Below are positions 36,857-43,849 of a stretch of DNA of 49,636 nucleotides, in pieces; the first letter of the stretch is position 1, and each line of letters opens with the position of its first letter. The translations under genes and the position numbers were made by a program. Source of the DNA: Candidatus Moranbacteria bacterium RIFCSPLOWO2_12_FULL_48_12 (GTDB lineage Bacteria; Patescibacteriota; Minisyncoccia; Moranbacterales; UBA1568); NCBI GenBank assembly GCA_001784735.1, contig MFSB01000023.1, forward strand, positions 1 through 49,636. Direction: 5' to 3'. Below the pieces are notes generated by a model that searched no databases, was not told the origin of the DNA, and saw nothing but the letters and a program-made list of their open reading frames with translations.

Positions 36857-37786
36857 ATGCTGGAAAAATTGCAGCTCCACACGCTCATCCTGTCGGCCTG
36901 GCGCGCCTCGCTCTCCAAACGGCTGCCGTGGATTTTCGGCTCCCTCCTGGCTATCGCGGGGGTCATCGAAAGCCGGATTGCTGCTAGGCTTCCCGATACC
37001 GCCTCTTTCCCGGAATTCTTGAATATCATTTCAGAAAAGAACGGGGAGGCGCTGTTTTCCTTTCTCTTGATTTTTATTTTCCTCTTCAGCCTTGAGATTT
37101 TCGGAAAAAGCAATCTCATCGTCTCTTTGTCATTCGTGACTGGAAAAACCAACCTTCCCAACTACCCGGACAAGCTCGCCGCCATGGGAAAAAATTTCTT
37201 CCGGATGCTCCTCCTCGAATGTCTCGCGCTGTTTTTTCTTCTGGCGGTCACCTTGATATTCTCTCTTCCCTTTCTCATCGCCTCTTCGAAAAACCCGGAA
37301 GCGATGGATACGCTCCTCGGTCTCGGTCTGCTCGCTTTCCTCCCCATCACTATCGTTGTCTTTTTCATCTGGCAGTTCGCGCTCTTCTACCTCCTCCTCT
37401 CTCCCCTCCGGATCCGTGGATCCATTGAGGCTGGCAGCTCGCTTTTCTCTCGTTTTATTTTCCCCAGCCTCCTGTTCGGCCTTTTTTCTTTCGCGCTGAC
37501 AGCTCTCTTTACTTTTTGCACAAATATCATTATCCTAGGCATTACTGCTCTTTCAGAAAGGGCTGGTTTGCCGCTTGGAACGACCGCTGCTACTCTCGTG
37601 GTCGGCTTAGTATTTTTCACCTGGTTCTTCATTTTCCAGCAAGCGCTCTGGCTGGCCTTCTTCAGATCCATCGCCGGCCCGCCTAGACTCGGCGAGGCTG
37701 GCCAAGACAAAACGGAAGAACTCATCAAAGAAAAAGAGCCTGTGCTGGACAACCAGACTCTCCCCGAAATCCCTCCGGCCCAGTAA
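36857..37786 (+). CDS. hypothetical polytopic membrane protein
   Basis: 309-aa ORF with six or more hydrophobic helices, directly after ftsH. No motif. Confidence 0.55.
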   Translation: MLEKLQLHTLILSAWRASLSKRLPWIFGSLLAIAGVIESRIAARLPDTASFPEFLNIISEKNGEALFSFLLIFIFLFSLEIFGKSNLIVSLSFVTGKTNLPNYPDKLAAMGKNFFRMLLLECLALFFLLAVTLIFSLPFLIASSKNPEAMDTLLGLGLLAFLPITIVVFFIWQFALFYLLLSPLRIRGSIEAGSSLFSRFIFPSLLFGLFSFALTALFTFCTNIIILGITALSERAGLPLGTTAATLVVGLVFFTWFFIFQQALWLAFFRSIAGPPRLGEAGQDKTEELIKEKEPVLDNQTLPEIPPAQ

Positions 37787-37804
37787 CATTCTTATCTCTA
37801 TTTT

Positions 37805-37878
37805 GGACAATTAGCTCAGTTGGTTAGAGCGTCACATTGACATTGTGAAGGTCACTGGTTCGAATCCAGTATTGTCCA
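37805..37878 (+). tRNA. tRNA-Val (anticodon GAC)
   Basis: Cloverleaf folded by hand: GGACAAT TA GCTC AGTTGGTTA GAGC G TCACA TTGACAT TGTGA AGGTC ACTGG TTCGAAT CCAGT ATTGTCC A. CCA is not encoded. Confidence 0.9.
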
Positions 37879-37880
37879 CA

Positions 37881-37956
37881 AGGTGTAACGGGGTGAAGTT
37901 AGAGCGCTACATTGACATTGTAGAGGTCTCCTGTTCGAATCAGGATACACCCACCA
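37881..37956 (+). pseudogene. tRNA-Val(GAC)-like copy with disrupted D arm
   Basis: AGGTGTA AC GGGG TGAAGTTA GAGC G CTACA TTGACAT TGTAG AGGTC TCCTG TTCGAAT CAGGA TACACCC A CCA. Length and the anticodon, T and acceptor arms are normal. The 5' D-stem strand is replaced by ACGGGG, which is the hairpin-family terminus, so the D stem cannot pair. Confidence 0.6.
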
Positions 37957-38008
37957 TTTTATTCAAAAGCAATTAGCTCAGGCTTGCCCGCCTAGACGTC
38001 GAGGCTGG

Positions 38009-38119
38009 CCCCGTCACCTATTTTAGTAAAAATGTATGCTAGCTGTGGACGAAAGCCGCTAGGCGACTACGTCTTACAATTTGCATAAACCACAATCTCT
38101 TCCTGAATAGGTGACGGGG
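38009..38119 (-). repeat. CCCCGTTA-family hairpin element, copy H (core in inverted orientation)
   Basis: Perfect 14-bp arms CCCCGTCACCTATT / AATAGGTGACGGGG. The core AAAGCCGCTAGGCGACTACGTCTTAC (38052-38077) is the reverse complement of the F and G core. It is preceded by a tRNA 5' fragment CAATTAGCTCAG (37971-37982). Confidence 0.85.
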
Positions 38120-38293
38120 TGAAGTTAGAGCGCTACATTGACATTGTAGAGGTCACTGGCCTGCCCCGTTGTATTTCATTCGATAACCAGGAAAAGGTAC
38201 GACGTAAGGCGAAGCCGCAACAATGGTAGCCACTCAAATAAAACGATTCCAACATTAGAAATACAGTGGGGTTCGAATCTGGACAGACCCACA
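38109..38293 (+). pseudogene. decayed tRNA-Val-like copy interrupted in the T arm by hairpin copy I
   Basis: AGGTGACGGGGTGAAGTTAGAGCGCTACATTGACATTGTAGAGGTCACTGG, then CCTG plus element I, then TTCGAATCTGGACAGACCCA. The acceptor and T stems no longer pair. Confidence 0.6.
38164..38271 (+). repeat. CCCCGTTA-family hairpin element, copy I
   Basis: Arms CCCCGTTGTATTTC / GAAATACAGTGGGG, 14 bp. The two non-Watson-Crick positions are G:T and T:G. It sits exactly between ...GGTCACTGG and TTCGAAT of a tRNA-like T arm. Confidence 0.8.
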
Positions 38294-38337
38294 ACCCAAT
38301 TAAGGCATTCAAGTGAGGGATGAAGGTCACTGGCTTG

Positions 38338-38375
38338 TCCCGTAGCATCCCGCCTTAGCGGGATTGGTACCGGGA
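38338..38375 (+). repeat. short hairpin (TCCCGTA...TACCGGGA) splitting a third AAGGTCACTGG / TTCGAAT tRNA remnant
   Basis: GAAGGTCACTGG-CTTG-TCCCGTAGCATCCCGCCTTAGCGGGATTGGTACCGGGA-TTCGAAT. The inner stem is ATCCCGC/GCGGGAT. Confidence 0.55.
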
Positions 38376-38432
38376 TTCGAATTGCCTCCTTCGTCTTAGA
38401 CTTCGGGCGGCCAAACAGTATCATCCACCAAC

Positions 38433-38479
38433 AAAAAAACTCGCTTCACCTCTCTTGAGAGAAACTGGGCGAGTTTTTT
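38433..38479. terminator. bidirectional rho-independent terminator candidate
   Basis: AAAAAACTCGC ... GCGAGTTTTTT stem flanked by an A-run and a T-run, 17 nt beyond the stop of 38496..39554. Confidence 0.7.
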
Positions 38480-38495
38480 ATCCTCCATTTTTTCG

Positions 38496-39554
38496 CTAAA
38501 TTCCTCCTGTCGTAGTATTGGATAACGTGGGCGTACTCGGATTGACCTGGATGCTCCGCTGTAGAACGCTCTGCGTAAATGGAGCCGCCGGTCCGAGGAT
38601 GCCGGTCGCTTGCTTGAGCACGGAACCAACCTGGCTATTCACGCCACCGATCTGTCTTTGAAAATTTGCCTGCACTTGCCCTATGCCAGTCGTAACCAGT
38701 CCAGAAACCACCTTATTGGCCATAGCCGCTATAACACCAGAAGCAAGCTCTCCCGGATTGGATGCGGCTGCAATAATCTGATTGGGGAGGTTTTGGATAT
38801 TGGTTGTGGCCGCCTGGATAGCTCCGGCCGGCGCTATCACCATCCCATTTTGTTTAGCCGGCAAAAATCCCGACGAAGTGGCCTCGATTTCCGCCGCCCG
38901 CTGCTCCATTGCCAGCTTGTTCTGATAGGCCTCTTCCGCTTTCAAAGAATAGCCATACGGGTTGTTGTATGGATTAGAAAAGAAGGCGTTAAAGGCTCGG
39001 AAGTCCCCTTCTGCAAACATCGCCTGCGGACTGGCGGTATATTCCTCCAGGTTCAGCGTGCCTATCGTCCCTTTTCCGACGATCGCTTGTTTACCGACAG
39101 ACTGCAAGTACGAAGCGTAGCTCCCGCCGATTCCCCCCATGTCACCGATACCGATATAGTTCGCTTGAGCCCCCTTGCCGCGCGTCGTCAAGGTAAAAAA
39201 ACTATTCATATACAGATCGGTCCGCTGCTGCGGCCTCCGATACAAGAAATCGTCAAAGCTGGTGATGAAGCGTGCCTGCCCCCCCGCTCCCCCGCCGATG
39301 AGCTGCCCCACCTGATTGTTGAGCATCTGCACGGCCGCCATTTTGAGCGACCCGAGCAAAGCACCTTCGATCTGACGCGCAATTTGTTCCATCGTCTGCT
39401 TCATAATAGCTGCCGCCATATTCGCCCCCCATGCATCAGCGTGTGCGGTTTGAGGCATCATAAAAAACATCCCGCTAACAAAAATCATCAATAGAGAAAC
39501 TGCCGCCTTCCTTGCTGATGTTCTCGAATTTTTTCTGTTTTTAGATAAAATCAT
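38496..39554 (-). CDS. hypothetical secreted protein
   Basis: 352-aa ORF. N-terminal signal or anchor (AAVSLLMIFVSGMFFMMPQTAHA), then a Gly/Ala/Gln-rich mature region. No recognisable motif. Confidence 0.6.
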   Translation of the reverse strand: MILSKNRKNSRTSARKAAVSLLMIFVSGMFFMMPQTAHADAWGANMAAAIMKQTMEQIARQIEGALLGSLKMAAVQMLNNQVGQLIGGGAGGQARFITSFDDFLYRRPQQRTDLYMNSFFTLTTRGKGAQANYIGIGDMGGIGGSYASYLQSVGKQAIVGKGTIGTLNLEEYTASPQAMFAEGDFRAFNAFFSNPYNNPYGYSLKAEEAYQNKLAMEQRAAEIEATSSGFLPAKQNGMVIAPAGAIQAATTNIQNLPNQIIAAASNPGELASGVIAAMANKVVSGLVTTGIGQVQANFQRQIGGVNSQVGSVLKQATGILGPAAPFTQSVLQRSIQVNPSTPTLSNTTTGGI

Positions 39555-39560
39555 ATACGC

Positions 39561-40544
39561 CTACAAATTGAGCGGGATTTCTTCGATGCCGTAATCAGAT
39601 AATTTTTTCTGTACCTCATCGACAAATCCTACAACACTTCCCAGAAATCCTTGCGCCTTGGAAAGAGTAGCGATCTGCCCAAGCGGGTCGTTCTCCGTAG
39701 GCTTGAGCTCATCTTTCAATTGCACGGCATAGCGAGCCATTTTCAAAGCTTTCACATGCACATCGAGCATCTTCTCCGGCACCTCGATGTCCTTCAGTTC
39801 TTCCAGAATCTTTTCTCCCCGCTTGGACAGCTCATCAATCACACCCATATCGCCCGATGACAAAGCGGCAAGAGAATCATTGGAAAGGCTGGTCAGCATG
39901 CTCCCCAGATCGTCCTGCGTCTGCAAAGTCTGCGGCGCATTGTTGGCCAAGAGATAAGCCATAACCGTCAGATACTCAATGGCGTCCCTCCGTTCCGCTT
40001 CTGTCCGATTCTTTTCCTTGATATTTTTCGGCAGCTTTTTTATCTTGACATCTTTGGTATCGACTTCCGGAAGCGCTACCTCCTCCGTATTCCCACTAAG
40101 CGCCTTCTCCACGGAAGCGTTTATATCTTCCAACGAAATTGCTTGGCCGTTTTCATTCGTGTTCTTCAAGATGTCGGCGATTTCTTCGGAAACTTTTTGC
40201 GTCAGATTTTCTGTCTCACTCAGCACGGCAACAGAAGAGGGTTTTATTTCCTTGATAACCTTGTCCCCCGGCGCACGTTTCAGCGGATCATACCCGCTCT
40301 CTACTTCGACACCATCGCTATATCCATCGCCATCGGTATCCCGACTGAATGGATCGGTTCCATACAATTTTTCTTCATCGTTGCTCAAGCCATCCTGATC
40401 GGAATCCTGGAAAATATTTTTCGTATTCGCCGTATCGTCCGCAAATACGAAAAATCCCGCGCTCAAAATGAGCAGGCTGAAAAAAAGAAATAACGCAAGC
40501 TTCGTATTCTTCTCCGAAACATTCCAAAAAGACACCGCGCGCAT
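39561..40544 (-). CDS. secreted protein with thrombospondin type-3-like Ca-binding repeats
   Basis: Signal or anchor (LALFLFFSLLILSAGFFVFA), then DSDQDGLSNDEEKLYGTDPFSRDTDGDGYSDGVEVESGYDP. Confidence 0.65.
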   Translation of the reverse strand: MRAVSFWNVSEKNTKLALFLFFSLLILSAGFFVFADDTANTKNIFQDSDQDGLSNDEEKLYGTDPFSRDTDGDGYSDGVEVESGYDPLKRAPGDKVIKEIKPSSVAVLSETENLTQKVSEEIADILKNTNENGQAISLEDINASVEKALSGNTEEVALPEVDTKDVKIKKLPKNIKEKNRTEAERRDAIEYLTVMAYLLANNAPQTLQTQDDLGSMLTSLSNDSLAALSSGDMGVIDELSKRGEKILEELKDIEVPEKMLDVHVKALKMARYAVQLKDELKPTENDPLGQIATLSKAQGFLGSVVGFVDEVQKKLSDYGIEEIPLNL

Positions 40545-40797
40545 ACCGCTTATTTTATTTTTATGTGCTTTGATTATAACACATTTTTTCCGCCTCTGTT
40601 AACCGCTCTCCTAAAAAATTCTTCAAAAAAATCGCACTCGCTTTTTGTTTCGTAAAAAATATGCGCTCCTGATTCGCCAGCCACATTTATCAATGATGAA
40701 AACTTGCGTATTTTCTGAAATCAGAATGAAACGATGGCGCTGACAAAAAAATCGATATGCCCCACCAAAAAACTCACTCCCATATATAAATCATATT

Positions 40798-42747
40798 TTA
40801 CAATATATTTATACTTTTGTCAATACTCTTACAAAACTGCTTCTTGGAAGTAGCCAAGCCTAAAATAATCCACAACAAAAGCTGCCCCTGCTGTATATCC
40901 CAAAAGTAATGATCAAAAAGCATAATTAATATGATGACAACCAATAAGGATCGAAAAAGATAAGGCACAATAACTTTCTTGTCACTTTCTGAATACTCCA
41001 TACGCTTGGTGGCTAAAGAATGTTCCACGTGGAACATTTTTATATAACTAGACAAAGAATTGTTCCACGTGGAACATTTTTGCATTGGTAGATGGGGAAT
41101 TGTTCCACGTGGAACATTTTTACTGTTTCTCAAAAAGACAAAGGCTAAAAACCACAGAAACAAACCAATCCCGACTGAACCGGTTTCGCTGAAGATAAGC
41201 AAAAATACATTATGGATCGGCTGTAATTGCCATAATAATAACTTTTCAGTGAAAAAGTGCTGCATATCAAAGACGTATTGTCCTATACCTAAGCCTTCAA
41301 ATAAATATCCCTTAAATAAGCCTCTAATCGAATTTATATAAAATAACCGCTCTACAAATGGCTGAATGATAAAAAGCTTTAAATTAACAAAGAACACTAT
41401 CATCATCACCATAACGATTCCCCATACGATAAGTAAATGTTCCACGTGGAACATTTTGCTGAACACTCTCATTACCGATTTATAACAAATGTTCCACGTG
41501 GAACATTCAGATACATGATCGGTTGGCAAACTTTGAAATGTTCCACGTGGAACATTTTGCGCGTTACTATCCAAATGTTCCACGTGGAACATTTTGCGTA
41601 TTCCAGAAACAAGCACTATAAGCCCAATAATAAAGGCTATAATGGCAGATTTAGAAAAGCTGAAGGAAAGTGCCAACAGCTGTATAAAAATAAGCATCCT
41701 GTAGAGCCAAACACTCATAAAATGTTCCACGTGGAACATTTTAGCATTTGTAGATGGGCGGTTGTTCCACGTGGAACATTTTGTTAACAACCATGCTATA
41801 GAACTATATATTGTTCCACGTGGAACATTTGGTATATTATCGGATTGTTCCACGTGGAACATTTTTGACTTAAATATCAGCGGATAAACCATTGTTATGA
41901 GTAAAGATAGTGCCAAAAAGCCACCCAGTATGTTCGGATGAGGGAAAAATCCGTAGGATCTGATAAAAACATCACCGTTTATGACTATCTTGGCTATTCC
42001 CGGATCGTGTGCATTGAAAATACTCTCTCCCAAAATGGTTAATCCCAATGATTTTTGGCTTATAAACTGTAAAATTGCCACTATAGACTGAAAAAACCCT
42101 GAAATAATGGCTATAGTCAAGGTTATTTGTAGGATGTTCCACGTGGAACATTGTGAAAAATAACCCAGTAACTTACTTATAAATGTTCCACGTGGAACAT
42201 TTTGCACATTATTATTCAAATGTTCCACGTGGAACATTTTGGAATTGACAGATGGAAGATTGTTCCACGTGGAACATTCTTCTACTGATGCCCGCAATGT
42301 TCCACGTGGAACATTGCAAATAAGAATATAGAGATATAATAAAAACCCTTCAATAAGCCTAAAAAACGCTACCATAGCTAATGGAACACTTTCTGACCAG
42401 AAAATAGATAGCCCGGACCAAAAAATGAGGAGTGCCGGGATAAAAATAGGGAGAAGCAAATGTTCCACGTGGAACATCTTTCTCCAGTAAGATATTGACA
42501 GTATTGTAGTTTTGTTTTCTAATATATATACTCCCAAGGTCGCAACCAATAAAATATCGGAAAGATACAAAGATACGTCCAGATACTCATTGAATGAACC
42601 ATCCGGCGAAAAAACAGCGAGAACCTTGCGGATGGAGAAGGGGAAGGAAAGAAGGAAAAAGACAAATAAAATAGTATGCAAACGCACAGAAGCAAAAGCC
42701 TGCTTCAGATTGTGAGAGGATGCGTGGAATGACATAAATCGCTTCAT
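40798..42747 (-). CDS. O-antigen ligase / Wzy_C-family membrane protein carrying in-frame palindromic repeat modules
   Basis: 649-aa ORF stays open through an AT-rich region. Many TM helices. Wzy_C-like motifs FFPHPNILGGFLALSLLI and QPIHNVFLLIFSETGSVGIGLFLWFLAF. The peptides MFHVEH (x7), NVPRGT (x5) and CSTWN (x5) are the three frames of one DNA palindrome. Confidence 0.75.
   Translation of the reverse strand: MKRFMSFHASSHNLKQAFASVRLHTILFVFFLLSFPFSIRKVLAVFSPDGSFNEYLDVSLYLSDILLVATLGVYILENKTTILSISYWRKMFHVEHLLLPIFIPALLIFWSGLSIFWSESVPLAMVAFFRLIEGFLLYLYILICNVPRGTLRASVEECSTWNNLPSVNSKMFHVEHLNNNVQNVPRGTFISKLLGYFSQCSTWNILQITLTIAIISGFFQSIVAILQFISQKSLGLTILGESIFNAHDPGIAKIVINGDVFIRSYGFFPHPNILGGFLALSLLITMVYPLIFKSKMFHVEQSDNIPNVPRGTIYSSIAWLLTKCSTWNNRPSTNAKMFHVEHFMSVWLYRMLIFIQLLALSFSFSKSAIIAFIIGLIVLVSGIRKMFHVEHLDSNAQNVPRGTFQSLPTDHVSECSTWNICYKSVMRVFSKMFHVEHLLIVWGIVMVMMIVFFVNLKLFIIQPFVERLFYINSIRGLFKGYLFEGLGIGQYVFDMQHFFTEKLLLWQLQPIHNVFLLIFSETGSVGIGLFLWFLAFVFLRNSKNVPRGTIPHLPMQKCSTWNNSLSSYIKMFHVEHSLATKRMEYSESDKKVIVPYLFRSLLVVIILIMLFDHYFWDIQQGQLLLWIILGLATSKKQFCKSIDKSINIL
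41019..41120. repeat. palindrome array A (3 copies of TGTTCCACGTGGAACA)
   Basis: 16-mers start at 41021, 41061 and 41101, a 40-bp period. Confidence 0.95.
41436..41595. repeat. palindrome array B (4 copies)
   Basis: 16-mers start at 41438, 41490, 41539 and 41576. Spacings are 52, 49 and 37. Confidence 0.95.
41721..41865. repeat. palindrome array C (4 copies)
   Basis: 16-mers start at 41723, 41763, 41812 and 41846. Spacings are 40, 49 and 34. Confidence 0.95.
42133..42315. repeat. palindrome array D (5 copies)
   Basis: 16-mers start at 42135, 42184, 42221, 42261 and 42298. Spacings are 49, 37, 40 and 37. Confidence 0.95.
42459..42478. repeat. solitary copy of the palindrome
   Basis: 16-mer at 42461-42476. 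Confidence 0.95.
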
Positions 42748-42914
42748 TATAACGAAAACTTTGGATCTGTGAATGCCCCTGCCATTGACGAATCAGCCAA
42801 AGCCAGTATGATTAGAAAGTATAGCGATAGACATTTGACACAGTTGAGAGCGCTCATCCATGAGTATACCTTGTCAAAGCTGATTATCAAATAGAAGTAC
42901 GGGCGCTTTTTAAC

Positions 42915-42987
<73 letters not shown>

Positions 42988-43086
42988 CCCCGTTAGAGAA
43001 AAACATCGATCGTTTTAAGCATTCCTGAAGGTTTTCTTGAAGAGCCGCTTCTGAACCATGAATGATGTCTGTTTTTCTCTGACGGG
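42988..43086 (+). repeat. CCCCGTTA-family hairpin element, copy D
   Basis: Arms CCCCGTTAGAGAAAAACA / TGTTTTTCTCTGACGGG, 17 bp with one T:G. It starts at the nucleotide after the tRNA-Ala discriminator base. Confidence 0.8.
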
Positions 43087-43160
43087 ATCCACATCACACA
43101 ATACAAACGAGAAAAGAGTATTGGTGTGGAATACTCTTTTTTACTATCCTGAAAAAACAG

Positions 43161-43240
43161 CCCCGCCACTGTAGTTCAATGGATTAGAGCTATCCCGTCC
43201 GTCCTAAGGGAGAGATGGAGGGGTTCCTGCCCACCAGCGC
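43161..43240 (+). pseudogene. degenerate tandem duplicate of tRNA-Arg
   Basis: GTAGTTCAATGGATTAGAGCTATCCCGTCCGTCCTAAGGGAGAGATGGAGGGGTTCCTGCCCACC is collinear with the intact gene. It has an extra GTCC in the anticodon loop, and the T loop and acceptor do not pair. Confidence 0.6.
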
Positions 43241-43244
43241 GTAT

Positions 43245-43317
43245 GCCTCTATAGCTCAATGGATTAGAGCTATCCCGTCCTAAGGGAGAGATGGGGGTTC
43301 GATTCCCTCTAGGGGCA
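43245..43317 (+). tRNA. tRNA-Arg (anticodon CCT)
   Basis: GCCTCTA TA GCTC AATGGATTA GAGC T ATCCC GTCCTAA GGGAG AGAT GGGGG TTCGATT CCCTC TAGGGGC A. Confidence 0.85.
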
Positions 43318-43350
43318 CAAAAAACCACTCAAATTATTGTCTTCATCTCT

Positions 43351-43686
43351 ATGTCTTCGATGCGCATCATAAAAGTAAATGAGCTTATTCGCAAGCTTCT
43401 GGGCGAGATCATGGAACGTGAGCTCAGCCTGAAAACAGGGGTGTTTATTACGATTGCCAAGATTGACACATCGAGAGATCTCCGCTATACTCGCATGTTC
43501 ATCAGCGTCTTTCCGGAAGAGGAAACGCACTATGTCACAGAAACATTAAAAAAGGAAATCCCGAAAATCCAGAAGCACCTCTATAGCAAGCTCCATATGA
43601 AGCCTCTGCCGAAATTATCATTTGAAATAGACAAAACAGCCCAAGAAGCAGACAAAGTGGAGAAACTATTGAAAGAAATTTTTTAG
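43351..43686 (+). CDS. rbfA: ribosome-binding factor A
   Basis: RIIKVNELIRKLLGEIMERE...ITIAKIDTSRDLRYTRMFISVF. The track ORF start (43291) overlaps tRNA-Arg. ATG at 43351 is used. Confidence 0.85.
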   Translation: MSSMRIIKVNELIRKLLGEIMERELSLKTGVFITIAKIDTSRDLRYTRMFISVFPEEETHYVTETLKKEIPKIQKHLYSKLHMKPLPKLSFEIDKTAQEADKVEKLLKEIF

Positions 43687-43849
43687 CTTGTTAGAGGGAT
43701 TATTCAGGGTTATCCACACGTTATGCCCAGTGGCACAACTTAAAAAGTGAAGACTTTAATAAGCTCCAATAAAATAGCGAAGTTATAAAAATAGGGCAGC
43801 ATGATTTTGAAAATGTAGCTAATAATTGTTTTAAGTTGTTCCACTGGGT

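Noticed and set aside
35878-37161. 427-aa minus-strand ORF, plus 35262..35870, 35335..35847 and 35871..36275.
   Set aside because: These are antisense to ftsH and the following membrane gene. No motifs are present, so they are shadow ORFs.
37881-38293. Interrupted tRNA-Val copies as functional multi-intron or split tRNA genes.
   Set aside because: After conceptual removal of the hairpins, the acceptor and T stems of the interrupted copies still do not pair. Decay after insertion is more parsimonious.
41019-42478. The regularly spaced repeats could be read as a CRISPR array.
   Set aside because: The repeat is only 16-22 bp and is a perfect palindrome. Spacers are 18-36 bp and are homologous between arrays. 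Everything lies inside a long open reading frame with membrane-protein features. No cas genes or leader are present.
43291-43350. N-terminal extensions of track ORFs 43291..43686, 46831..47613 and 49099..49608.
   Set aside because: The extensions overlap tRNA-Arg, tRNA-Leu and tRNA-Gly respectively. Internal Met codons give sensible N-termini.
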